The position numbers were made by a program, and so were the translations under genes. From the IMG/VR virus record IMGVR_UViG_3300046786_000304, positions 64,001 to 128,000 of that record: a stretch of DNA of 64,000 nucleotides. One strand, given 5' to 3'. This DNA is from a virus. Lineage: Duplodnaviria; Caudoviricetes. The notes beneath the pieces were generated by a model, which made no database searches, was not told the DNA's origin, and worked only from the letters and a program-made list of their open reading frames with translations. Each line of letters opens with the position of its first letter. The first letter of the stretch is position 1. Shown piece after piece: positions 56,130 through 64,000 of this stretch.

Positions 56130-57857
56130 ATGAGTTGGCGCAAACACTTTCAAATACCACAAACAGCAAATGAAATAGCTGCCTCCCGAGGCAAAGAAGC
56201 TCATCACATGGGCAGTTCTAGCAAGTTCAGTAGCTGGCTTAAAGATGTATACACTGGAACACCAAATCGTATTGACAGATACATGCAATACGAAATAATG
56301 GACAACGACAGTGAAGTCAACAGCGCACTAGATACTATTTCTGAATTCTGTACACAATTTGATTTTGAAAGCAATTTGCCATTTACCATTGAACACTTTC
56401 AAGACCCTACAGAAGCAGAAGTTAAAGTTTTAAATGCCAGCTTACGTCAATGGTGTTTGCTTAATGATTGGAACAAACGTGTATGGCGCATGGTGCGTAA
56501 TACATTAAAGTATGGTGATCAGTTCTTTATTCGTGATCCAGAAACGTATGTATTATACTATGTCAATGCCGCAGACTTGTCTAAAGTTATTATCAACGAA
56601 GCTAAAGGCAAGGAAATTGAACAGTATTTGATTAAGAATATTAGCTTGGATATTAACGATAAAGTAGCAACTAGCCCTTTAATTACAGATCAAAACTATG
56701 GTCCAACACAGTTTAACAAGCAGGCTTTTACACAGTTCGCTACACCAAATGCGGGCACTAATACCAATTCAAATCAAGTAGAAACACCAGTTAGTGCCAG
56801 TCACGTAGTACATTTGAGTCTAAGTGAAGGCATGGACGTAAACTATCCATTTGGTACAAGTATCCTTGAAGCGGCATATAAAGTATACCAACAAAAGAGT
56901 TTATTAGAAGACAGTATCATTATCTATCGTGTACAACGTGCTCCAGAGCGTCGTGTATTTTACATTGATGTGGGTAACATGCCTGCTAACATGGCTATGA
57001 GCTTTGTGGATAGAGTTAAAAATGAGATTCATCAAAGACGTATTCCGAGCCGTACAGGTGGTGGTACTAGCATTATGGATGCTAGCTATAACCCATTAAG
57101 CATGTTAGAAGACTACTTCTTTGCTCAAACAGCAGAAGGTCGTGGTAGTAAAGTTGAAGTATTGCCAGGCGGCGATAACTTGGGTCAAATCGATGACTTA
57201 AAATACTTCACTAACAAACTAATGCGAGCATTGCGTATTCCTAGCAGTTATATGCCAACTGGTCCTGATGATGGTACAGCTACATACAATGATGGCAGAG
57301 TAGGTACAGCGTTTATTCAAGAGTATCGCTTTAACAAGTATTGCCAACGTTTACAGAATCTAATGATGACTCCATTAGACAAAGAATTTAAAATGTTCTT
57401 GAAAAAGAAAGGCATTGAGCTTGATTCAAGTACATTTACACTATCATTCTTACCACCACAGAGCTTTAGTGAGTATCGTGAAATTGAAGTTAACAATGCC
57501 AGAGCCGCAGTATTTGGCCAGTTAAGTGAAGTTGCTTATCTAAGTAGACGCTTTGTATTGAAGAAGTATCTAGGCTTAACAGACGAAGAACTTGTCGAGA
57601 ACGAAGAAATGTGGCGTGAAGAGAATCCAGAAGACGATACGAGTCAAACGCCATCTGATGATGCTAGCCTAGCCGGCAGTGATTTGAATACATTAGGCGT
57701 ACAACGTCCAACTGACGCAGACATGGAAGAATTAGGACAAGTAGATCAACAAGGACAAGCGCAAGCCCAAGGCGCAGAACCAGGTGCTGTTAGCCCATTA
57801 GGCGGAGCACCAGCTACCGGCGGAGCACCAACCTCAACACCAGGAGCACCAGCATGA
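56130..57857 (+). CDS. gp20: Portal protein (T4 gp20-like)
   Basis: LLEDSIIIYRVQRAPERRVFYIDVGNMP, EDYFF..EGRGSKVEVLPGG, DDLKYF..LRIP. Confidence 0.97.
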   Translation: MSWRKHFQIPQTANEIAASRGKEAHHMGSSSKFSSWLKDVYTGTPNRIDRYMQYEIMDNDSEVNSALDTISEFCTQFDFESNLPFTIEHFQDPTEAEVKVLNASLRQWCLLNDWNKRVWRMVRNTLKYGDQFFIRDPETYVLYYVNAADLSKVIINEAKGKEIEQYLIKNISLDINDKVATSPLITDQNYGPTQFNKQAFTQFATPNAGTNTNSNQVETPVSASHVVHLSLSEGMDVNYPFGTSILEAAYKVYQQKSLLEDSIIIYRVQRAPERRVFYIDVGNMPANMAMSFVDRVKNEIHQRRIPSRTGGGTSIMDASYNPLSMLEDYFFAQTAEGRGSKVEVLPGGDNLGQIDDLKYFTNKLMRALRIPSSYMPTGPDDGTATYNDGRVGTAFIQEYRFNKYCQRLQNLMMTPLDKEFKMFLKKKGIELDSSTFTLSFLPPQSFSEYREIEVNNARAAVFGQLSEVAYLSRRFVLKKYLGLTDEELVENEEMWREENPEDDTSQTPSDDASLAGSDLNTLGVQRPTDADMEELGQVDQQGQAQAQGAEPGAVSPLGGAPATGGAPTSTPGAPA

Positions 57858-58060
57858 AATTAATGGAAGTCAAACCAGGATTCAATGACCCTGCTGAAAA
57901 TGAATTAGAACAAGCAAAGAAAATGGATACAAGACGTCCTAGACTAACACTTGAACATTTGAGTAAGCTTAGAAAAATGCGCGAAATTCGAAAGCTAGAA
58001 ATTGACCAGCGCAAAGAACTTTATAAGAAGATTTATCAGCGGCCTGTAGCGCCAATGTAA
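57854..58060 (+). CDS. Small basic prohead-associated protein
   Basis: DTRRPRLTLEHLSKLRKMRE; lies between portal and core genes. Confidence 0.6.
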   Translation: MKLMEVKPGFNDPAENELEQAKKMDTRRPRLTLEHLSKLRKMREIRKLEIDQRKELYKKIYQRPVAPM

Positions 58061-58073
58061 ATTTTGTATACTT

Positions 58074-58105
58074 AACCTGGTTTTCTTTTAGAAAACTGGG
58101 TTTTT
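58074..58105 (+). terminator. Intrinsic terminator candidate
   Basis: AACCTGGTTTTCT-TTT-AGAAAACTGGGTT followed by a T-run. Confidence 0.5.
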
Positions 58106-58190
58106 AACTCTATTTCTCCCATACTTTTGTAATATGACTGTAAATAACTTACAGACAACCAACTTTTGGCCAAAAGGAGAGAAATACATT

Positions 58191-59039
58191 ATGTCTAAAC
58201 ATACATTAGAACAAGTTTTAGAAGCCCTTATTAACAAAGAAGATGATCGTGCAAGCGACTTGCTACATCAGTACTTTGTTCAAAAAGGCAAATCAATTTA
58301 TGAAGAGCTAAGTCAATTCGACGAAGCTGCTGAACAAGAATTAGAAGAAGAACTCGAAGAAGACTTAGAAGAAGGCTTTGGTGATTCTGCTAGCCGTGAT
58401 TTCGAAGATGAAGTTATTGCTAACGAAGAAGATCTAGAAGACGAAAGTTTATTCGGCGAAGCTGAAGGTGATGAAGATCCAATGGCAGCAACTAACGAAC
58501 CTACAGACGACGAAGCGACAGCTGACTTGGCTATGGGCGATGCTGAAGGTAATGAAGGTGCCCCAGATGATGCAGAAGATGCAGCCAAAAAGATTGATGT
58601 TGCTTCAGACGCATTAGAAGATTTAAGAGCGTTTTTTGCTGAACTAAGCGGTGATGCTCCTGTAGGCGGCGATGAGCCAGCTATGGACGACATCGGTACT
58701 GAACCTGCTCCAGGTGGTGATGAGCCAACTGAAGAAGGTTATCGCGCTTTCGGCGAAGCAACAACTTTAAAAGCTGTTAGCAAGCCAACTCCAGGCGACA
58801 ACGGTGCTAACACAAAGAGCCCAACAGCAACTGGTAAGCGTATCGACAGCAATGGTGCTAAAGCAGTTAACTTCACAGGCGAAGCTGGTTCAGGTCAATC
58901 TACTCCAAGTAGTAAGACTGATGACATGGGCAACGTAAACAAAGTTGGCAATGCTAAGGCTCCAGCACAGAAAAGCGTAAGCGTTCCTAAGAACAGTGAT
59001 GCCGCTAGCAACAAGACTAGCCCAGTAGCAAAGAGTTAA
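58191..59039 (+). CDS. Acidic prohead core/scaffold-like protein
   Basis: Very Asp/Glu-rich; AAGGAG ribosome-binding site; GTAAATA box at about 58140; occupies the T4 gp67/68 position. Confidence 0.6.
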   Translation: MSKHTLEQVLEALINKEDDRASDLLHQYFVQKGKSIYEELSQFDEAAEQELEEELEEDLEEGFGDSASRDFEDEVIANEEDLEDESLFGEAEGDEDPMAATNEPTDDEATADLAMGDAEGNEGAPDDAEDAAKKIDVASDALEDLRAFFAELSGDAPVGGDEPAMDDIGTEPAPGGDEPTEEGYRAFGEATTLKAVSKPTPGDNGANTKSPTATGKRIDSNGAKAVNFTGEAGSGQSTPSSKTDDMGNVNKVGNAKAPAQKSVSVPKNSDAASNKTSPVAKS

Positions 59040-59043
59040 TCAA

Positions 59044-59682
59044 ATGGCATACTTACCATTAGTAGAATCTTTAACATACGATCAGGCGAAGATGAAAACT
59101 CACCTGGTAGAAAACGCCACTGGTGGCAAGGATCTCTACATGGAAGGCATTTTCCTTGAAGGCGGTGTACGCAATCACAATCAGCGTGTATACGAAGTCA
59201 GAGACATTGCCAAAGCATGTTCTGCCATTTCAGAAAAAATTAAAAACGGTTTCAGTGTGCTCGGCGAAGCTGATCACCCTGATGACTTACAAGTTAACTT
59301 AGACCGTGTTTCACACATGATTACTAATATGTACATGAATGAAAACACTGGTATAGGTAAATTAAAAATCCTACCAACACCAATGGGTAAAATCGTTGAA
59401 ACATTGTTAACAAGCGGTGTTAAGCTTGGTGTTTCAAGTAGGGGTTCAGGAAACGTCAATGAATCTGGTGGCGTTTCTGATTTTGAGATAGTCACGGTAG
59501 ACATCGTGGCCCAACCAAGTGCTCCAAACGCATATCCAAAAGCTATCTATGAACGTGTTATGCATGATCGTAGACGCGGCGCCCTATGGGACGTTGCGGC
59601 AGCTTCCAAGTATGACAATAAAGCACAAAAATACCTCAAGGAAGAGGTTCTCAGGTTCATCAATAACCTAAATAAAAATTAA
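59044..59682 (+). CDS. gp21: Prohead core protease (T4 gp21-like)
   Basis: LYMEGIF..RNHNQRVY, LGEADHP, GVSSRGSG, DIVAQPSAPNA. Confidence 0.95.
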   Translation: MAYLPLVESLTYDQAKMKTHLVENATGGKDLYMEGIFLEGGVRNHNQRVYEVRDIAKACSAISEKIKNGFSVLGEADHPDDLQVNLDRVSHMITNMYMNENTGIGKLKILPTPMGKIVETLLTSGVKLGVSSRGSGNVNESGGVSDFEIVTVDIVAQPSAPNAYPKAIYERVMHDRRRGALWDVAAASKYDNKAQKYLKEEVLRFINNLNKN

Positions 59683-59693
59683 GGGGAATAAAG

Positions 59694-60800
59694 ATGAGCG
59701 GAATTAAAGAACTATTTGGCACTGAGGTTTTATCTGAGGAAGTTCAAAGTCAACTACAAGAGGCGTGGGATAACCAAGCTAAAGTATTGCGTGAAGAAGT
59801 GGAAGCTAATTTACGTGAAGAATTTAGTCAACGTTATGAACACGACAAAGGACTTATTGTAGAGGCAGCGGACAAAATGATTTCCGAAGCTATTCGTAAA
59901 GAACTTGAAGAGTTAGCTATTGACAAGCGTGAACTTGTAGAAACGAAAGTTGCCTACAAGAAGCAAGTTAAAGAACATGCTAAACTTTTAAACAAGTTTG
60001 TTTTAGAAGCACTGGCTAAGGAAGTTAAAGAACTAAGAGAAGACCGCACTGCACAGAAAGCAAACTTCGAGAAACTTGAAGAATTTGCTCTTAAGAAACT
60101 AAGCAACGAACTACGTGAGTTGAAAGAAGACGAAGACAAATTAGTTAAGGCTCGTGTCGACCTAGTAACCGAAGGTCGCAAAGTAATCGCTGAAGCAAAA
60201 GCAAAGTTCATTAAAGAAGCAGCCGTTAAAGCTGAAAAACTTCTAGGTGAATCATTGCGTAATGAAATCACACAACTACGTGAAGACATTCAAGTAAGTC
60301 GTGAAAATGCATTTGGTCGTAAGATCATGGAAGCATTTGCTGGTGAATTTATGGCAAGTGGTTTTGCAGATGGCACACAAATTAAGAAGCTTGGTGACAA
60401 GTTGACAGTTTTAGAATCTAAATTAGCCGAAGCTACTCAAGTAGTTACAGCTAAAGATGCTGAAATTGCCAAAGCGCAATCCAAGATTCGCATTGCTGAA
60501 GATGCTGTAAAGCGTCAAAGCATTATGCAAGAGTTGGTAGCTCCGCTAGGTAAAGAAAAGCGTGAGATCATGGAAGATTTGTTAAAGACAACGAAGACTG
60601 AAAGTCTACGTGAATCATATAACAAGTACCTACCAGCTGTTTTAAATGAAACAGCGGCTAAGCCAACAGGCAAAGCTGTAATTTCCGAAAGCGCAACATC
60701 GCAGACGACTGCGGTTACAGGCAATAAAGCTTCTAGTGAAGACACTGCTCCGGCAGACATTATTTCACTAAGAAAATTAGCCGGTATTGGAAAAATCTAA
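59694..60800 (+). CDS. gp22: Prohead scaffolding protein (T4 gp22-like)
   Basis: Coiled-coil Glu/Lys-rich protein between protease and major capsid genes. Confidence 0.8.
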   Translation: MSGIKELFGTEVLSEEVQSQLQEAWDNQAKVLREEVEANLREEFSQRYEHDKGLIVEAADKMISEAIRKELEELAIDKRELVETKVAYKKQVKEHAKLLNKFVLEALAKEVKELREDRTAQKANFEKLEEFALKKLSNELRELKEDEDKLVKARVDLVTEGRKVIAEAKAKFIKEAAVKAEKLLGESLRNEITQLREDIQVSRENAFGRKIMEAFAGEFMASGFADGTQIKKLGDKLTVLESKLAEATQVVTAKDAEIAKAQSKIRIAEDAVKRQSIMQELVAPLGKEKREIMEDLLKTTKTESLRESYNKYLPAVLNETAAKPTGKAVISESATSQTTAVTGNKASSEDTAPADIISLRKLAGIGKI

Positions 60801-60810
60801 GGAGACAATT

Positions 60811-61995
60811 ATGTCTGAAAAACTTTTCGAAGCCCAGAACTGGACTGCAACTAAAGACGTTCTACTAGAAGGCTTGAATGGCAACCGTAAGGCTGTTATG
60901 GAATCTGTGTTAGAAAACACAAAGAAAAACATTATGGAATCTGCTTCCGCAGGTGCCACACAGAGTGGTAACATCGCTGTTCTTAACAAGGTAATTTTGC
61001 CTGTTATCCGTCGTGTTATGCCTACTGTTATTGCTAACGAGATCATCGGTGTTCAACCAATGACTGGTCCAGTTGGTCAAATCCACACATTACGTGTACG
61101 TTATGCTGAAACTGCCGCTGGCGTTACAGCAGGTAGCGAGGCATTGAGCCCATTCAACATTGCTAAAGCATATTCCGGTAACGGCGATGCTGGTAATCCA
61201 GGTCCAGATGCAACAGCTACAATGGAAGGTGCTATTGGTAAGAAGTTAAGCATCCAGATCTTGAAACAGACTGTTGAAGCTAAAACTCGTAAAATGTCTG
61301 CTCGTTGGACATTCGAAGCTGCACAAGACGCACAAGCTATGCACGGTTTGGACGTTGAGGCAGAAATCATGGCTGCTTTGGCACAAGAAATTACTGCTGA
61401 AATCGACCAAGAGTTGCTAGGTAAACTACGTACTCTAAGCGGTGCTGCAGTTCACACATTTGACCAAGCCGCTTCTGGTGGTACAGCATTCACTGGCGCT
61501 CCAACATTCGTTGGTGACCAACACGCTGCCTTGGCCATCATGATCAATGATGTTGCTAACCGTATTGCTCAACGCACACGTCGTGGCGCAGGTAACTATG
61601 TTGTTGTTTCTCCAACAGCATTGACAATCCTACAAAGTGCTACAACTTCTGCATTCGCACGTACTACAGAAGGTACATTTGAAGCTCCAACAAACACAAA
61701 GTTTGCTGGTACATTGAACAGCTCAGTTCGTGTTTATGTTGACAGCTATGCTGACGCTACAACACCGATCTTGGTTGGTTACAAAGGTCCTAACGAGATG
61801 GATGCGGCTGCTTTCTATTGCCCATACATTCCATTGATGAGTTCTGGTGTTGTTCTAGACCCAGCAACTATGGAACCAGTAGTTTCTTTCATGACACGTT
61901 ATGGTTATGTTGAACTAACAAACACAGCGTCTTCTTTAGGTAACGCTGCCGACTACCTAGGCAAAATTGCTATGGGTGAAGCTAAGTTCTTCTAA
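60811..61995 (+). CDS. gp23: Major capsid protein (T4 gp23-like)
   Basis: LPVIRRVMP..IIGVQPMTGPVGQIHTLR, VEAKTRKMSARWTFE, YCPYIPL, TRYG; TAAGGAG ribosome-binding site. Confidence 0.98.
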   Translation: MSEKLFEAQNWTATKDVLLEGLNGNRKAVMESVLENTKKNIMESASAGATQSGNIAVLNKVILPVIRRVMPTVIANEIIGVQPMTGPVGQIHTLRVRYAETAAGVTAGSEALSPFNIAKAYSGNGDAGNPGPDATATMEGAIGKKLSIQILKQTVEAKTRKMSARWTFEAAQDAQAMHGLDVEAEIMAALAQEITAEIDQELLGKLRTLSGAAVHTFDQAASGGTAFTGAPTFVGDQHAALAIMINDVANRIAQRTRRGAGNYVVVSPTALTILQSATTSAFARTTEGTFEAPTNTKFAGTLNSSVRVYVDSYADATTPILVGYKGPNEMDAAAFYCPYIPLMSSGVVLDPATMEPVVSFMTRYGYVELTNTASSLGNAADYLGKIAMGEAKFF

Positions 61996-62019
61996 ATCGA
62001 AATTCGATTTACAACTTAC

Positions 62020-62044
62020 AAAAGGGCTCTTCGGAGCCCTTTTT
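62020..62044 (+). terminator. Intrinsic terminator with C(UUCG)G loop
   Basis: AAAAGGGCTC-TTCG-GAGCCCTTTTT after the major capsid gene. Confidence 0.92.
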
Positions 62045-62048
62045 GTTC

Positions 62049-62056
62049 TATAAATA
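62049..62056 (+). promoter_or_regulatory. Late promoter TATAAATA, 5 nt before ATG
   Basis: Exact T4 late consensus followed by N5 and the ATG at 62062. Confidence 0.75.
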
Positions 62057-62061
62057 TTTGT

Positions 62062-62292
62062 ATGTTTAAAACAGTAAGCCAAGAAGTTAAATTAGAACGC
62101 ATGTCTATATGTAAACAATGCGAATCATTTCAAAGTAGTATGTCTACTTGTCGACAATGTGGGTGTTATATGCCTGCTAAAACAACATTTGCAGGTAGTG
62201 AATGCCCGGATAAAAAATGGACAACGGCACCTGCCGGTGAAAATCTAATAAATAAGATAGAGGAAATGATTCTCGAAAGCTGGAACAAATAA
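62062..62292 (+). CDS. Small Cys-rich protein (DUF6171-like)
   Basis: RMSICKQC..CRQCGCYMPAK..CPDKKW. Confidence 0.7.
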   Translation: MFKTVSQEVKLERMSICKQCESFQSSMSTCRQCGCYMPAKTTFAGSECPDKKWTTAPAGENLINKIEEMILESWNK

Positions 62293-62690
62293 TGACAGAC
62301 ATATACACTAAGCTACATGGTACAACAGCAGATAAATTCAAAATAGGTTTAAAAAACCAACGTGTAACATTGTCTGGTACTACAACAAATACAGCAAGTA
62401 CAGAGTTATTGGATAGAGATGGATTGAAATACACAGCAGAATCTACTGTATTCTTTACAGCATATATTGTTGGCAAAGGCGCGAATGTAGCCGCATATGA
62501 AATAAAAGGTTGTTATTTACAAGGTACAACTACGATATCAGGTTATGTTACAAACACTTATGTTGATACTAATAGTTTTACGGAACCAACAATAAGTTTT
62601 AATTCAGATGGTGATATCACTGTAACATGTACAGGTGTAGGTACTGATACCATAGATTGGACAGCAGTTATTGACTTCGTTTCAATATAA
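62292..62690 (+). CDS. Hypothetical structural protein
   Basis: Thr-rich beta-type ORF (KLHGTT..FKIG) in a late operon. Confidence 0.5.
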   Translation: MTDIYTKLHGTTADKFKIGLKNQRVTLSGTTTNTASTELLDRDGLKYTAESTVFFTAYIVGKGANVAAYEIKGCYLQGTTTISGYVTNTYVDTNSFTEPTISFNSDGDITVTCTGVGTDTIDWTAVIDFVSI

Positions 62691-62699
62691 GAGAGTAAC

Positions 62700-63842
62700 A
62701 TGGCAATTAAAATAAATCACGCAACAGAAACATTAACACCAGAAAACGGTGTACTGGAAATTAACTCACAAGGTGCGTTGAAATTGCCTACAGGTGATAT
62801 AGCACAACGTCCTGAAGGAGCAGAAGGACAGCTACGTTATTCTACTGAATTATTCAATCCGGAATTTTTCGATGGTACAGATTGGAGACTATTAACCAAT
62901 AAAGACTATGTCGATAGTCAAATAAATCAGACAAGCAGTGATCTTACCAATACAATTGATAATTTACAGTTAAATGATTTAACAGATGTAACAGTTACTA
63001 GTCCAGTTACTGGGGAAGTATTAGTCTATGACACTACAATTGGACAGTTTAGAAGCCAAGTAAATTCAATAACACCTATAACAAGAAATTTTACCGGCGA
63101 CGGAACAACATTAGAATTTGACATTCAAACTAGTGTAAGCAATCCAAATTTATTAGTAGTATCTATCAACGGCATTACACAAGAACCATATTACAGTTAT
63201 ACTATTGTTGATGGAACAACTCTTACATTTGATGAAGCACCAGCACTAGCTGATAGAATTCAAGTAAGAATTTTAAGAGGTAATACTACCAGTGACAGAC
63301 CTAGACCTAAAGTAACTGATATATCTTATAGTACACTAGGACAATTCACAACGATTTCAGTTGTATGTTTGGATATAACATACGGCACAGGTGCCAAGAT
63401 TGGCGGCCAAGCAATAACTAGGATAGATTATCCCGGTGAAAATATTCTTCAACTTATGGTTGAAACAAGTCAGATTACAGGCTCCTTATGGAATACGCCT
63501 CAAGACTTAACATTAGTAGATACTAGTGGCAATGAGTACGTTTATAAAAATTTAATTAACTACGGCGCAAGCAAACCTCAATTCAAAGACAGCACATCAT
63601 ATATTGGGCGTTTTAGAGGTGGAGACAGCATTAATTTTCCTATAGCGGTAAATAATGCTACGTATATAACTATTCAGCCTGCTAATGCAGGTGAATCCGC
63701 GATTAGCTGGTTATCAGTAAGCGGAACAAGTATTGTAGGAACTGCTCCTAATAACAGCAATCCTAGTCGATACGAAATTACAATAGTAATTAGTGATGGT
63801 CTTGTTAATATAACAAAGAACTACTGGTTACTAGTCATATGA
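62700..63842 (+). CDS. Virion structural/fibre protein with Ig-like domains
   Basis: LKLPTGDIAQRP..GQLRYS, LNDLTDV, FTGDGTTLEF..VSINGITQEP; C-terminal Ig-like segment. Confidence 0.6.
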   Translation: MAIKINHATETLTPENGVLEINSQGALKLPTGDIAQRPEGAEGQLRYSTELFNPEFFDGTDWRLLTNKDYVDSQINQTSSDLTNTIDNLQLNDLTDVTVTSPVTGEVLVYDTTIGQFRSQVNSITPITRNFTGDGTTLEFDIQTSVSNPNLLVVSINGITQEPYYSYTIVDGTTLTFDEAPALADRIQVRILRGNTTSDRPRPKVTDISYSTLGQFTTISVVCLDITYGTGAKIGGQAITRIDYPGENILQLMVETSQITGSLWNTPQDLTLVDTSGNEYVYKNLINYGASKPQFKDSTSYIGRFRGGDSINFPIAVNNATYITIQPANAGESAISWLSVSGTSIVGTAPNNSNPSRYEITIVISDGLVNITKNYWLLVI

Positions 63843-63895
63843 ACTTATTCTCTAGTTGGTGGCAACAAACTTAAACATGCCAAGGAGTTGATAAG

Positions 63896-64000
63896 ATGCC
63901 TTTAATAAAGTTGAAATCCAGTTCTATAACCGACAGCGTAAATCTACGTGGACAGCCAACTACATCGAGTCAATATTCCGAAATCGCTACTACCCGAATG
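63896..64000 (+). CDS. N-terminus of a tail-fibre-like protein (truncated at window edge)
   Basis: AAGGAG ribosome-binding site; NLRGQPT..EIATT resembles the fibre motif LTGTPTAPT..IATT. Confidence 0.45.
   Translation, partial: MPLIKLKSSSITDSVNLRGQPTTSSQYSEIATTRM

Noticed and set aside
1-64000. Stop-codon reassignment as in some large phages
   Set aside because: Genes are full length and tightly packed under code 11, with no fragmentation of conserved proteins
1-64000. CRISPR array, tRNA genes, reverse transcriptase/DGR, integrase or transposase
   Set aside because: No spaced direct repeats, cloverleafs or corresponding protein motifs were seen by eye; a dedicated scan was not run
63980-64000. 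Possible +1 frameshift (ACT ACC C GAA TG would restore an IATTEW fibre motif)
   Set aside because: Falls on the window edge, so it cannot be distinguished from genuine sequence or an assembly error

Overview
This window is a 64 kb, AT-rich, densely coding segment of a large tailed dsDNA phage with T4-like (myovirus) architecture, read in genetic code 11. Left arm (1-17.3 kb, minus strand): one tightly coupled operon of sugar-nucleotide and glycan-tailoring genes (2 epimerases, RmlC, an E1-alpha-like ThDP enzyme, a methyltransferase, 3 GT10-like proteins, 3 SGNH proteins, 2 radical SAM enzymes, 3 GT-A-like proteins) headed by a T4-type late promoter. From 17.3 to 32.6 kb are tail and baseplate genes, including a poly-(Gly-Tyr) protein, a 2910-aa protein, gp6-like and gp25-like genes. 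From 32.6 to 40.9 kb are accessory genes: HNH, a desaturase-ACP-hydroxylase-radical SAM acyl-tailoring cluster, DNA ligase and a MazG-like protein. From 40.9 to 47.8 kb are baseplate hub genes (gp5-like, M23 peptidase, gp53-like). Next come the late sigma factor gp55, gp47, gp46, an Hc1-like protein and a GIY-YIG protein, followed by a roughly 0.45 kb highly base-paired non-coding region (candidate large ncRNA). A gp26-like gene carries a candidate -1 frameshift. The right arm holds tape measure, portal, core proteins, protease, scaffold and major capsid genes. The most interesting signals are the structured ncRNA, the acyl-tailoring cluster, the late glycan operon, the frameshift and recurrent leaderless promoter geometry. 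All product calls come from recognising motifs by eye; no database searches or folding programs were run.
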